64,000 nucleotides of DNA, taken from assembly GCA_973895155.1 (NCBI GenBank), contig OZ316892.1, positions 5,984,476 to 6,048,475 of the forward strand, given 5' to 3'. Numbering within the stretch: position 1 is the first letter of the stretch; every line of letters starts with the position of its first letter. Below the pieces are notes generated by a model, which had not been told where the DNA came from, did no database searches, and worked only from the letters and a program-made list of their open reading frames with translations. The DNA comes from Marsupella aquatica (Eukaryota > Plantae > Marchantiophyta). A program made the position numbers and the translations under genes. Below are positions 38,781 to 52,368 of the stretch, one piece after another.

Positions 38781-38985
38781 TTTTATTGTTGTTATATAGA
38801 AAGGTAATTAAAATCATGTGTGCAATAAAAATACATAATGCATGGGAGAAATAAACCGGGAAAAGATAATAACAATACGACTTGTAATTTTCAGGTTGGT
38901 CGTTGAATCCTTATTGGAAGGATTTTATTTAAATCCCAGTAAGATCTTGTTCCTCCCTCACATATTCCTTTTGTGAAGGGAAAAC

Positions 38986-40641
38986 ATGGTCATCGAAAAT
39001 TTTAGTTTAGAGTATAGGCAAGTGTTGAAGATGATCACAAAACATGTGAATGAGGGATATGAGCCGAATCTTGTTGCTCTGGATGCATTGAAGAACGCTC
39101 GAAACACTCTCGAACATGCTAGGAATTCTAGCAAAGTGGCCGGGAAATGAAAACGGAAGGGGGCAAACGAAGAGGCAAAACAGGTTCGACACAATGTGGT
39201 AGTGTCGATATGGAAAGAGATACTTTATCGCTACACTCAACCGAAACAGTATGGGGTGGACGGGTTCGAGAGGGAGTTCACAAGACACGGAGAGAAAGGA
39301 TACAAGAACTTTCTTGGTGAGATAACCCGTTGTATGCGGGAAAGTGTACAAAAGGAGGACAATTTCACACGAGAGCAAATGAAGTCATTTGAAGATGAAA
39401 CTGAGAAACCGGGAGGATTTCTGGAAAATTTGGCACTCAACTTGGAGAAGCATGTTTGGGATAATTTGGCAGCCAAAGTGGAAGAGGGTGACACTACATT
39501 GCTTGGAAACCCCGGGATGTACACACACAAGAGAGAATTGCTAGTGAAGTGGAGTAAGGAGTTGGCAATGGCAAAATCTGATAGCAATGTCAAATATGCT
39601 AACGAGATTGTGCACTTTGGGGATGTCAGCATCAAAAGTGCTCGAAAAGGAACACGTCCATCGCGTGTAGTTCCAGAGGTTAGGAGTATCCATTTTCTTA
39701 AACCTGAGCAGGTGCACAACACACGTCGCATTGGGAAAGGAATCCAAGGAGAGGTATACACTTGTCGTATATTACATTGTCCTCTCATTCCCGTCAACGT
39801 GACCTTAGTCGCAAAGCGGTTCAAGGATGGAGACAAGCATAAGAGACGAACTGACGCATTACAAGAAGTGCTTATGGGAGGACTGAATCATAAGGGAATC
39901 GTTGGAGCTCTTGCGTTGACTATTGAGGATCCGCCAAAACTTATTTACGATCACTATAATGGAGGTGACTTGGGTAGCTTTATTGATAAGTGCAGCATAT
40001 CGTCAAAGAGCAAGGGGAAGGCACAGATCACGATGGACCTTGATTTCAAGTTTATTTCGGAGAAGAAACTCTTGTTGGAGAACCGGTTGGGAATCGCCTT
40101 GGCTTTGCTGGAGACACTGCAATACTTGCATGAGCATGATCGATTTCATTGTGATCTTCACTTTGGAAACATCCTTCTTCATTTCGATCACGAGCACGAT
40201 GTGGCTATTAAGGTGTATGTTGGTTTATGTGATTTTGGCTTGTCTAAGCATAAATCACAGTGCAAATTACCAGCTAATCGGATGTGGCCCACAGCAACAG
40301 AAAAAGCAGCAACATACCAAAAACAATTTCCACAGTTGGCTCCGGAGCTTGTTCAACCTACCCCTGTCGAGTTTAGTGAAAGTACCGATATATATGCTTT
40401 GGGGAATATTTTTGAGACATTGTTGACAGAGAATTGGGATGGAATGTCTAAGGGTTCACGGTTTTTGGGGAGGGGTTGGAGTGCACAAGTGCATGGCCCC
40501 AAATTGGATATCATAATCAGTGAAATGATGGCCACGGATGCCAAGAAAAGAATGGATTGTGCTTTTTGGAGTTTGAAGATAGTTCGAATGTTTCCAGATT
40601 GCACATTGCATTTGCACAACAGTCCATATCTTAGAGATTAG
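38986..40641 (+). CDS. hAT cargo: protein kinase (non-RD). The ORF from ATG 38986 has one in-frame TGA at 39148-39150; the kinase domain itself is intact
   Basis: IGKGIQGEVY, VAKRF, HCDLHFGNIL, DFGLSK, LAPE, DIYALG; ATG 38986 is in frame with ORF 39196-40641. Confidence 0.85.
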
Positions 40642-40770
40642 GGTTTACACAATTTTGTAAAGGTCACCTTAACGATTATATGTTTATTCATTGTATGTCA
40701 ATTACAATGTTCTGCATTTTGTTGATAATATTCTATCAAACTTTGTCGTGAATGCCCAAAATTGTGCTAA

Positions 40771-42720
40771 ATGTGTTTGTACATTGTCAAATATCGCAGA
40801 TCTTTTGTACACATCGCAAACATGGGACGATGGGAATTGTCTTCTGATGATGAAGACAAAGAGTTCACGACACAACATCTTACCATGCAAGATGGTCAAG
40901 GATCCTATTGTGACGATGAAGCTCTTCGTAATAATGTGTTGGATAATCTTACAACCATTGGCATTCACTATGAGGCTAAACCCAAGGTTGATGGAACACC
41001 GGCGCCAAACACAAGAAGATGGGAAGATGAGGGTATGAAGGATGAATGGAGTATATTAACGCCCAATGTAAATCCTCCCCATGACGAATGGGCCATGAAT
41101 GCAAAGGAATTGGAGATGTTGATGCCAAAGAAAGACTTTTGGCCATTAGCACAACAAGTTTTTCACGATCCGGATCTTTGGGCAACAAGATCATGGGCGC
41201 AAGAAAAATTCACCATGTCCAAAGTAACACATGCAGGTGTTAAATCACATTGGCAGCAACAATATCGAGAGTTTGCTCCACACAAAGCCCAAACGAAAAT
41301 GAGTTCCGTTTACCCTCCTTTTATCCGATGTCTGATTGCTGAATTCATTCTCAAGTGGAAGGTGGATTACCGTTGGGAAAACAGTGCTGGCAAGCTGACT
41401 CATCAGGTGCATCCATCAGTGGTTGCGATTGCAACGAATAGGAATACAACTATTGCAAAGGACCCTTCAATGGAGACTTCCAACAAGGGATCCAAAAGAA
41501 AGCTAGATGACACTGGGGAGGGATATGCGCATGAGAAGGGGAAAGCGGCTGTACTTCCTCGAGTCTCCATGCCTGACCGTGCAGCACCACCAACCAATGT
41601 GGAGTCAACGCACACCAAAAAACCAATCCTTGTAGGTGTTGGGAGTAGAACTCCACATGCAAAGAACAACAATGTTACTGATGCTAACAAGGATAAGTTC
41701 AACCTGCACAACATATGCAAGAGCTTGGGGGCAGATGTTGCAGAGGTGATTGAGACAAATCTCCGCACGAAGTATGTAGTGGAGCTATGTGAATGTGGCA
41801 GCATCGAAAAGTTCAAGTCACAATTGCAACAAGCTGATATAAAGATGAGATCACTTGAGAAGAAGCAGAACGAGCCGACGACCAATTCGGAAGTGATGTT
41901 GTACAAGTGTCAATTGTTTGACAAGATGGAAGAAATCAATAAGCTGACAAAACAACTTGCTGAAAAAGAGCGTCAATGCAATGAACTGGCACGACTTGAG
42001 GAGAAGGACAAGATCATTAATGATCTTAAAAGTGAACTTGCAACGCAAGCAATCATCATATCAAATCTTCACGAAGAGGTGCAAGAATTTAACAATGGTG
42101 CTTTGGGGATGAGGTCAAACAAAGGGCAAGGTGAATTATCGTCGCCAAATTTTGTTAACATGCAAATCATAGATCCTACAGGGCACAGCAACCTTTTTCC
42201 AGATGTGGAGGTTGACGCGGAAGGTATTGATAGGTTTTTTGATAAGTGGAAAAAGGATGAAACTATGACAGCATTTGTTCGTGAAAAGGATGACAAGTGT
42301 ACTTGGTGCCTATATCCTTGGGGCCCTGAATCTGTTTCCATGTTGGGAACCTGCGGTCATATATGGCATCATGCTTGCTTGTCTAAATGGTTGAAGAAAA
42401 GCCGAAAATGTTGGTGTCGCACACCATTTCATGAACGTGAGTATGAGCAACGAGGATTGTTGAAGCAAATGCCATCAATAGAGACTCAACAAAATACTGA
42501 AGATATGACTGAAGATATGACTGAAGATACTATACCGGCGATGCAAATAGATGAAACTCCCATTGAACATTTCACAATCAATGAATATAATTTGTCAGAT
42601 GGGGAATTTGACAGGTTGTTATTCAGTGGTCGACTCGATGAGTGGAAACAATATGCGGCAGCCAACCAGCCATCAATAGATGAGCAAAATTTGCAACGAT
42701 CCATTTGGCGCCATCGATGA
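40771..42720 (+). CDS. hAT cargo: coiled-coil plus RING-H2-type zinc finger protein (putative E3 ligase); likely start at MGRWELSS
   Basis: 649-aa open frame; heptad-like region KMEEINKLTKQLAEKERQCNEL; CTWC-x14-CGHIWHHAC-x10-CWC. Confidence 0.75.
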   Translation: MCLYIVKYRRSFVHIANMGRWELSSDDEDKEFTTQHLTMQDGQGSYCDDEALRNNVLDNLTTIGIHYEAKPKVDGTPAPNTRRWEDEGMKDEWSILTPNVNPPHDEWAMNAKELEMLMPKKDFWPLAQQVFHDPDLWATRSWAQEKFTMSKVTHAGVKSHWQQQYREFAPHKAQTKMSSVYPPFIRCLIAEFILKWKVDYRWENSAGKLTHQVHPSVVAIATNRNTTIAKDPSMETSNKGSKRKLDDTGEGYAHEKGKAAVLPRVSMPDRAAPPTNVESTHTKKPILVGVGSRTPHAKNNNVTDANKDKFNLHNICKSLGADVAEVIETNLRTKYVVELCECGSIEKFKSQLQQADIKMRSLEKKQNEPTTNSEVMLYKCQLFDKMEEINKLTKQLAEKERQCNELARLEEKDKIINDLKSELATQAIIISNLHEEVQEFNNGALGMRSNKGQGELSSPNFVNMQIIDPTGHSNLFPDVEVDAEGIDRFFDKWKKDETMTAFVREKDDKCTWCLYPWGPESVSMLGTCGHIWHHACLSKWLKKSRKCWCRTPFHEREYEQRGLLKQMPSIETQQNTEDMTEDMTEDTIPAMQIDETPIEHFTINEYNLSDGEFDRLLFSGRLDEWKQYAAANQPSIDEQNLQRSIWRHR

Positions 42721-43285
42721 CGTCAACAACAGGCAGAGGTGAAAACAGAAGTTGTTGACAATAACAACAAAAGGAACTAAAACCAATAGTCTCTACATTT
42801 TGATGTTATTTTCATGTAGTTACTATTAGAGACATTTTGTTAAAATAGAAGCGGCATATCCTCTTTGACAATTATTTTCAACTTGTAATTGGTAAAGAGA
42901 TTTTGGAGTGACATTACATTGCATATCTCGTTGAGTACATATATTTTTCATTGGGGGCATGGCGTCGCCTTTTGGAGAATGTGTATTTTCGTAAGAATAT
43001 TCCATCCTCCAATCAGCCATAGGTTTTGGAAGCATATTGTCGGGCTCACAATCATATTTTTGGACAAGTATGAGGAAAATAGACGTGATGAGAGACGGTA
43101 GCACAGTAGACTCAGGTACTGATCCTTCTCTGAAATCATTTCCAAAAGGAGATCGTGTAGCACAATGAGTTCAACAAAGTCAACATCGCAATGGTTTTAG
43201 CCGCCCAAGTTGAGAATGATTTTGTAGAAGGATGTATACCTAAGTCCACTCACTTTTCCTGTCTTTCATAATTTTTTCCGCTATT

Positions 43286-44610
43286 GCTGCTACGGCCAAT
43301 GACATTCATGCACATGCGAACCGAGGCCAACGCCTACTCCTTTGCCCACCGCAAAAATGGGCCCTCATTACAACTTGAAGTTGAACGGAGTTTATTTGAG
43401 TACGAGAGAAGTTCTGAAAGCAAATGCACTCTCAGGTCAAATTTTCAGGTCCTTCGAGCAAAAAATTACTGAGTATGTCATCGATCCGTTGGTTTCACAA
43501 CTTCTCTCGTACTCAAATAAACTCTGTTCAACTTCAAGTAGCGTAGCTGCTACGACCAATGACATTCATGGGCATGCAAACCGAGGCCAACGCCTCTACA
43601 TTTGCCTACCCCAAAAATGGGCCCTGATTAGAACTTGAAGTTGAACAGAGTTTTTTTCATTATGAGAAGGTTTATTCAAGCAATGGCACTCTCAGGTCAA
43701 TATTTCAGGTCCTCCTGACTTTGTTATTATTGAATATGTTCGTGCTCCGTTGCTTGAATAAATCTTCTGATAATGAAATGAACTGACCAATTACTGGAGT
43801 ACGGCTGCTACGGCCTATGACATTAATTCGCACAATTGCATGTTTATATCCTCTCCTTTCCGAATTCCAATTCGAGCTTGGACATCCTCTCGTCAGCTGG
43901 TCTCCACCATTGCAGTTGCTCTTCACGCAAACCAAGATAGCAGTCTCTAGAATCCTCGAACCTATTTTATTTCAATGCATCATTCATAGTGTTTGAGGAA
44001 TCCAGAGGTTCGCATGAGGAGCAACTGAAAGGGTGGAGACCTGCTGACGAGAGGGTGTCCAAGCTCGAATTGGAATTCGGACAGGAGAGGATATAAACGG
44101 GTGAACTTTGACTTGAAATTGGTGACTGTATTTTGCGTCTGCATATCAATTTGGTGACCGATCTTGCGGAATCCCCGTGACCGTGTCTGATCATCATCAT
44201 GACATTGCTCTCCTTGGCCACCAATGGGCCCTCATTACAACTTCAAGTTGAACGGGGTTTATATGATTATGAGAAGGTTACTGATTATGTAGGCGATGTG
44301 TTCATTTCACAACTTCTCTCATAGTCATATAAACTCTGCCCAACTTCAAGTAGTGCAGCTGCTACGGTCAACGACATTCACCCACCCCAAAAATGGGCCC
44401 TCATTACAACTTCAAGTTCAACTAAGTTTATTTTATTACGAGAAGGTTTATTCAAGCAATGACATTCTCAGGTCCAATAATGAGGTCCTCTCGACCTCAT
44501 TATTATTGAATATGACGGTGCTCTATTGCTGGACTAAATCTTCGCATAGTGAAATGAACTAACCAATTAATGGAGGGGGCTAGTATGGACTACGGCTGCT
44601 ATGGCCAACA
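43286..44610. repeat. Degenerate ~260-bp tandem repeats inside the hAT element
   Basis: Recurrent GCTGCTACGG..A..GACATT and AATGGGCCCTCATTACAACTT.AAGTT.AAC. Confidence 0.8.
43842..44098. ncRNA. Long fold-back hairpin, candidate miRNA/hpRNA precursor
   Basis: Arms 43842-43933 and 44007-44098 are reverse-complementary at 84/92 positions, plus an inner stem; no TSD; expression unknown. Confidence 0.5.
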
Positions 44611-44847
44611 ACAAGGTACTTTGAAATAGTCAGTGTTGGAGATTTGGAAAACATGTTGCGTTGGTGTGTCTCTATGGCATTCTCAAATGCAAATACAAAT
44701 AAATTATTCAATCATTGTACAATAATAAACACACTGGAAGACAATACAATCATGTTACAAAAAATATAATTGTTTATAATTTTGTCTATGTCAGATACGA
44801 CAATATAAGAGTAGCAACACTTGATATTATCCTAATGAAAAGATGCT

Positions 44848-47140
44848 TCAAGGCTGTGAAGAGAAATTTCGTGCATTGTTGTTAAGATTTTTGCACAAAA
44901 GCGCATTCCACTCGTCTTGTTTGTCTCCCCAACTGAGTGGATCACGATTGTGTGACTGAACATTGTGCGATGTTTCTTGAAATGATGATATTCCTCGAAA
45001 CCCACCAAGGCCAATAGGCCTGTTCGACGTATATGGATTCATGACACTTGGCCCTGCATACGCATTCAAGGGTGGACCTGCATGGTGTTGCCAGTTTGCA
45101 TGTGGGTCGTTTGAAGTTTGACCTTCATGATTGTTGTATCCATGAAAAAAGGTTGATGTCCTTCCATTCGTCGGATGCCCTGCTGTGCCTGTGCGTTGCT
45201 CGTTGAAATATGGTCTGCTTGTGTCAACATCATTCGCAAAGTTCGACCAAGGTGACCTTGGTTGGGAAGGCATCATAAAGTTTATGTCCAGTGATGCATC
45301 TTCCTCGTCTTGGATTTGCGATTCATCAATTGTAGGATACATCTCCAAATCCATTTCATTCTCCCATTCCTCTGCAGCAGTGATGTCTGTATCTGGTGGA
45401 ATACGAGTCAAGAACTCACTATCCTTATCCAGTGAAAATCCGTGTAGCAATTCATCAGCATCATCAATTGTATCATAATCTTCGACATCTTCTTCACCAA
45501 GAGCCGCACGTGTTGCATCGTACTCTTCATTGCTGCACAACTCCATGGAGATAGGTCTAGGTCCATCATTTGTTCTTCTTCTTTGGTCATAACGTTCATA
45601 TATAAACGTATGCGGGTTTCGAACATTTGTGAGCCCTTTCTCTACCCTCATGTTTGTAAATACAAACACCAAATCTTTTGCTCGATCATTTGTCAATCGA
45701 TTGCGACTTTTGGAATGTATAAATCCATACGAACTCCAGTTTCGCTCGCAAGCTGATGCGCACACTTTTTGGTGTAAGATTCTTCGCGCCAGGATTCTCA
45801 AATATTTATAATCTGCACCATACGCATGCCACCACTCTGCTGGACTGACATTACCTATACTTGATTGGGCGGCTCCCATCGCTATTGATGTGTTGGGATT
45901 TTTTTTGGGCGTCAATGGCTTGACTGTGGATGGCAGAAATAAGTTCTCTGACGTCGCGATCATGGTTGATCCCCTCCTTCACCTGTTGTTCTGAATATCT
46001 AGCAATGTATTCACTGAAACCCCTGTAGAGTTCTGGATCTCCAGCGACATCTATGTCCTCATCAAAAAACATTTGGGGATTGAGATATGTTGTCGCTAGC
46101 ATGAAATCAGTGGTAAGAGATTTTTTTCGATCCAAATACACTTTTAGTATCTTCGGTTTCAATACCTCTGTTACCAATGGACAATCCTCCATGCTTGCTT
46201 TCAAAACATCAATCCCTCTTTTCAAACTCCAATACAACCAACCTGATTGCGGAGAATCACCATCAAATTCTCGCAACATCTTGACCAACGGAGTAAAGAA
46301 TTTAACTATATCCTTCACTTCAACCCAAAATGTATCTTGCTGTATCCACATTTTAAGTTCGTCTGCCTTTCCCCTCGTCATGTGTCCAGCTGATTTTGGT
46401 CGCAATGGAAGTCTATCACGATAAGACTGCCAATTATCATCAATGACCATCTGTTGTAAAGCTCCTCTTAGCTCCAACGCTCTTTGTGCCATTAGGAAAT
46501 TGGTCGCAAATCTAGTTGCATTTGGATTCAACAGTTTTTTGTCAGGAGATTTTCTTGCAAATATTGCAGAAAGCTTTTGCGATGATGAAACTGCTTTTAC
46601 TATCCACCTCAACTGTTTAAAAATCTTTTGGAATGGATTCTGTCCAGCATCATCTAGCACTACACGCTTGTGACCACACATATCCTCTAGCAGCAAATTA
46701 AACACGTGGGCAGCACACCAGCTCCAAGTGACATGAGGATACTTTTTCATGACTACCTCACAACCTGCTACGCGATTTGCGGGTGCTCCATCAGTTACAA
46801 TTTGAATAATATGATCTGCACCAATATCCTCAATGTATTTCAACCACATGTCGCCAAGATATTTCCCATCTTTCTTGTCAGCTTGCGCAGCATTCCAACT
46901 ATCCAAGAAGAAGTCACCTTTAGAAGTCAACAACATGACATTCATCAAAGGTTCTCTTCGGACGTTTTCCCATCCATCTGAAGAAAGAGAATACCCATAA
47001 GGTTTTGCCTCCTTTAAAGTTTGCATCATGTCCTTTGTGAGATCCTCCTTACTGTCTTCCAATAATTTCAATCGCAAACTTCGCATCGTAGGTAGAGAAT
47101 AACCATTGACAATCCCTTTTGAAGTCTCTATGACTGCTTC
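44848..47140 (-). pseudogene. hAT transposase, catalytic and dimerisation part
   Basis: DUF659-type SDGW, IVTDGA, CAAH, TRFATNF; WWHAYG, SACERNWS, RNRL; frameshift in the T8 run at 45899-45906. Confidence 0.92.
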
Positions 47141-47697
47141 CTCGGGGGTCTCACTATATGGAGGACCCCCCCATCACCTGCGACGTTTTCATGCCTAGAC
47201 CCCCATACTTATTAAGTTGAATTTTTTTTTTCCTCCCTCTTTCTTTCTTCTAAGAGTCTAAAATCCAAATTGTATTGCCCCTATAATTTGTGAAGTAAAG
47301 TGTCACATATCAATATAAAATGCCTAGAAAGAAAAGATAAGTCTATGTCAGTACCTTGTGAAGTCGTATGTCAGACATGGCACGCCCTGCAACAGTTCTT
47401 GCACCTTTGTCAACCTTAAACTTTGATCATTTCAATGCATCATTTATATTGTGTACCTAAAAGGTCATCCCAATATAAACCTTACGTGCATAAGTGGGAT
47501 GGCCTTTAAGGTCACAACATAAATAATCCATTCCACCCATTGATCACCAATCCCATGCTCCATCCATACTCCATTTAAAACTTATGTTGAGAGATGTAAC
47601 ATGTGACGGAGGGGAATTGAACCCCTAATTGAGAAAGGATCTCAAGTTGCCAATCCGTCACCCCCTATCCTATCCCACTACACCCACTAATATTAAC

Positions 47698-47775
47698 AAA
47701 ATAAAACATATATACAGACTCTCAAAAACTAAACAACAAAATAAAACATATATACAGACTCTCAAAAACTAAACA
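47698..47775. repeat. 40-bp tandem duplication
   Basis: AAATAAAACATATATACAGACTCTCAAAAACTAAACA occurs twice. Confidence 0.85.
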
Positions 47776-47787
47776 GTAACATGATAT

Positions 47788-50700
47788 TCATACCATTGTT
47801 TGAAGATACTGATCCAAAGCACGTCTATCTATTGGATCCAACACATAGATACGATCCATAACCCCTTCTTTCATGGTTAAACTAACACTAGCAATGACCA
47901 TTTCAATATCCATCCATTTCAAATCAGTGGTATCATATCTGAATTCACTTTTGCTCTTACCAATAGGACTATACCAATTTAACAACAGTTCACAAATGTT
48001 ACCTGATTGCCCTGCAAGTGGATTTGGCCTATCCATCAAATCAATTGGTGACCGACAATTGCCCCACCTACTGCCATACTTCTGTCTCATTTGGACAATC
48101 CGACCCAACCAAAAATATTTCTTACCTGCTGAGATTGCCTCCACCACAACCTTATTCTTTCCTCCCTTTCTTTTTCCAGATCTAGTACTTGGAGCAGGAC
48201 TATCATCAGACTCAAATGCAATTGCACAATCAGTGCCAACATCAACAAAACATGAGTTAGGATTGACTTCTTGCACTTTTCTCTTGCCAGTACTATAGTA
48301 TAGCACTTGTTTCACCCTTGTCAGCCTATCTTTTGACAAATGCGGATTTCCTACCAACTGGCTTACCAGAGTGGATTTGTAAATCACCTTGCCTTCATAA
48401 GTAACAGTAGGCACTACCTTGGTACGATTCTGTACATTAGTTACAGCATGGACAACTGATCCAAACACATGCCGAACTTCATGACCTAATGTCTCAAGCT
48501 CATCTGAGGGGTCTACATCAAACTGTATATCATCTCTGTGTACATCATCTGAATGCATCTCAGGAACAACAATGGGATCTGGTTCTGTTAACCATGCATC
48601 TATTCTATTCAGATCATCCTCAGGATCTTCCAATTCATGAAAATCTCCAGTTGGGCGAGGACCTATGTCTGGTGGTTGGTGCTCTACTTGCTCCTCAGAA
48701 TCATTGCAAACAATTGCTTCCTTCAGAACCACCTCTAGTGGCCAGGTCTCACTTTCCACAACCCAAGGACATGTCCACCATCTCTTTCTAGCTGCTGGTA
48801 AGGAACTTCGTGGAGACATCTGCAATTGATGCATAAGATCCTTAGCAGCAACAAAACCTTCTTTAAGGGCTGCAACCACTAATTCATTAGTCTCAATGAG
48901 AGAATAGTCAAGTAGATTTGGTGCTTCCTCCCCTTCCCCTATAGGATGAATCTTCCCCCATACATGATCTTGTTTCTTATGTGAACGACCTATCTTCAAG
49001 CCTTCTGGTCCATATTCTAGGGCAGCAAGCCGGTTCAGTCCAACAGCACTATCCAACAGAGAGCCAAAATCATAATTCCGCTCATGGCCACTCATGCCTC
49101 CTACCTTGCTGAAGAAAATCTCACAACAATCTGAACCTAGCAAGTGGAAGGGAACACCTAGATGTGGGAACTTATCTCGAAAGGCACAAATTAACAGCAC
49201 AATGAAATGACATGACATGTTAACATCATGAAAAGCCTGAATAGACATCATGTCTTTCTCAGTGTGTGCTGCAAAGTTCCCACCCACTGAATGGTCACCA
49301 AACCTCAACCACAATCTCCACAAACGTAGAAAGAATGAAACCTTGGATGCTAACACAATACGGGACCTCAAATCATGAACTGGAGAAAAGAAAATATCTA
49401 AGTAATCTGCACAAATCTCCAAGTACAACTGAGTTCCTAAACTTCGTTCATGTTGTACATCTCTCCTCTCATACATATCTTTTAGACATTGCTGCACTCT
49501 TCTTGCTGCTATTCGTTGTGGACCTGCCCAATTCTGCCGGTCAGTCCTATTCACATCATCCCAAGCCATGCCATGTTCATGAATTGGATAATGATTGTAG
49601 ACATTAGCTACATAAGATAAAGATGCATGTTGATCTCCTAGCACCAGTAAAGAAGACACTCTGTCTAAGGGGTTTATCATCTTTTTCCCATTATGAGGTT
49701 GGTCTTGGTCACCAAAGCCATACAAATCTCCATTTGGTAGAATTGAAACAGAGTATGTCCACCCTTCCCACCCAACTCCGTACCTTGGGTATGATCCATT
49801 CTGCCCTCTGTAATCTTCCAGCATCAGCTTTCGGCGACGTGCATCACCATCACTAGCATGTCCAAGCAAAGGGCCTACCATAGCTCTACAATATTCATCC
49901 CAAAAAGCCTTTAACTGGACCCAATGCTCTCGTACCCGGCCAAGAAGCTGTGAACTTATTACAAGTTGGAAGTGCACACACAGCCAATTTAGGTAAGGAC
50001 TCATGCAGAGGATTCACAATCACAACTCGGGCATACATGCACTTGGGGCATTGTTCAAATGTACTTACAATTTTATCATACCCCTCATCACCTTCACCAA
50101 CTAGAATTTCCAAACCATAGGAGCATACATGCTGCTCTGAAGGTCCACAGAAACCAATGAGAGTATCATACTTTGCCTCCCACCTGAAACACAGACATGC
50201 AATTTTTCAATATCACAGCAATTCCAGCCAAGTGCTACTTGTAAAGTCATTAAAAAAACAATTGGAAAAATGTCCAGTTCCAATTACCTAGGGCGTTCTT
50301 TGATCCTTGTTTCATCCTCAGCAAAGATAACAGGCACATCCCCCTCAATGCCCAATGAGTGCTTTGCAGCAGACAACACTCTAGCAATCTCCTGAAAGGT
50401 TTCCTTCCGTAACCCGGTTCGAAAAGGTGTGAGTTTTGCTCTATCACGTTTTAGGGTCACAAGGCTAGGGGCTGTCAAGTTTCGTGCAAAACAATGAGCA
50501 ACTTGACGGCCCCCAAATTGGAACATAGCCTGAGCAATAGCTCGAGTCCTATTACTGTAACGATTACCTTTTGGCTTCCTGCCTAAATTGCGAGCTACAT
50601 CCTTCAAGAAATCCCACAAACCCTCCTTACCACCAAATGCACCATTCCTGTGTCCATTCAAAATACTCCTAAGAAACAATCTCAAATCCTTCCTGTCTGC

Positions 50701-52368
50701 TGCAACTCCTAACAACTCCTCTAGTTTACGTTTCCTGGTGCTCAAGGCACATACTTTCTGAGCCTGCAAAGCTAACAACCAACGCTCTTTTCGTCGCACA
50801 GAGTTCAGGTTGTGCACTTGATCTCTTAACTCTGTGTTGGTCAAATAATCCAAACGTATACCACCAGCAGTGGTTCGGCTCCCTCTGTGGACTACTGCTT
50901 CCGCTTCCCTGTGCACCCGTCCACGAAAATCATCTTCTAGTGTTATAGAATCACATTCACTACAAGTTAGATTTTCAAATCCTCCTCCATTCTGTGATAA
51001 CCTCAAGCAATCCTTGTCTCTAAAACAGCCTGCTATACTCACAACACTCTCTCTACTTGGATGGAAAACATCCAAGCAACAACTTGGCTCACAATGCCAT
51101 GTAATTCCCCCAGACTGATCATCTAAAATGCCAGAAATATCATAAGATATACCCTTCCATAACAGTCGAGGCACACCTCTCTCTACCCATAATCCCCAGC
51201 AAAGCAAACTCAGACCAAGATCAACAAATTCACACACACCTGAACCTGAACCTGAACTGCTGCCTGTCCGGGACCCATCATCTTTAAAGAACTTCAAAAT
51301 CCCGCTCTGACCAGGATGTAGGTCCCTAGAATCAGTCCTCTTTGGCCTGCCCCTCTTCCCAGACCTCAAGGCAAGCATTTTTGTGTCATGCCTAGTCTCC
51401 AATGCATCCAAGTGATCTCGACTCACTAAGTGTGTCCTCAAATTGGGCTCCAAGGTAAGCTTCTTGGGGCACAAGTCAGTGTGAAGCATTCCACAGACAG
51501 TGCAGCGAACCTTAAATAGGAAAGACCTGTTTACATACTCAGGAGTACTGGGATCAGGAACAATAGAGAATAGTTTGCCATCATCCCCAAGCTCAGCATT
51601 CAATCGCTGAACTATCTCAACACCTACTTTGATGGCGTCTGCATGATCATATTCTGGCTTCTCAGAGATGTCTGCTACCTGAACCAAAGTAGAAGGAATG
51701 CCCCTTCTCCGACAATAGTTATCCTTGTGCTTATTGAAGACCAAGTGTTTGGTCTTAAAATTACTAAAGCAATTGGAGATGGATTTAGGGTTCTGAGAGT
51801 TGTCTGCATTGCCATAAGTTTCCCTACATTCAAGACACTCCAGATGCCCTCGAACATCTGTCCCCTCATCCCAGGTACGAATTCTCCAATTGTGATCACC
51901 ATAACCCTTCTTATGTACCCATTTCTCTAACCTCATCCACTCATCTTTCCATAGCTTTGATGGGACATCTCCCATCAATTGTGACTCAAAAGAAGCCCTT
52001 ACAGGGGAGGGTGCTAGTGCTGTTGGCCTCAGTTGTGGTGTCTCAGTATTTGGACCCAATGATGCAGGAGTGCAAGGATGACAGGGTACTGGTGGGATCC
52101 TCCCACCATCTCCAAGTTCTTGTTGTACAACAATAACTCTTCCATCCAGCTCAGACAGATCAATTAATTTCTCATGTACAAGTTTCACTCGACCAGGAAG
52201 TCTCTCATCCCAAAAATCGAAGTCAAAGTCTAGAGTAGAGGCAATACGAGCCCTAAAATCATGTAGGGTGTGTCCTTCTTTGAATGACAAAACACAGATT
52301 GGTAAATCAGCCTTGTCATCCCCAACTTTGCGTATTAATTTAACAGAGTTGGGTTTAGGGGCTGCCAT
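47788..52368 (-). pseudogene. P-element-like DDE transposase (~1490 aa), exons 52368-50288 and 50183-47788, one frameshift near 49937
   Basis: AEDETRIK (D1), GHASDGD (D2), DQPHNGKKMIN (DxxH motif), GSDCCEIFFSKVGG (E); two N-terminal C2H2-like fingers and an AT-hook KRGRPKR; 104-nt GT-AG intron. Confidence 0.78.

Noticed and set aside
39237-41906. Antisense ORFs over the kinase and RING genes
   Set aside because: Shadow ORFs of the real plus-strand coding sequence
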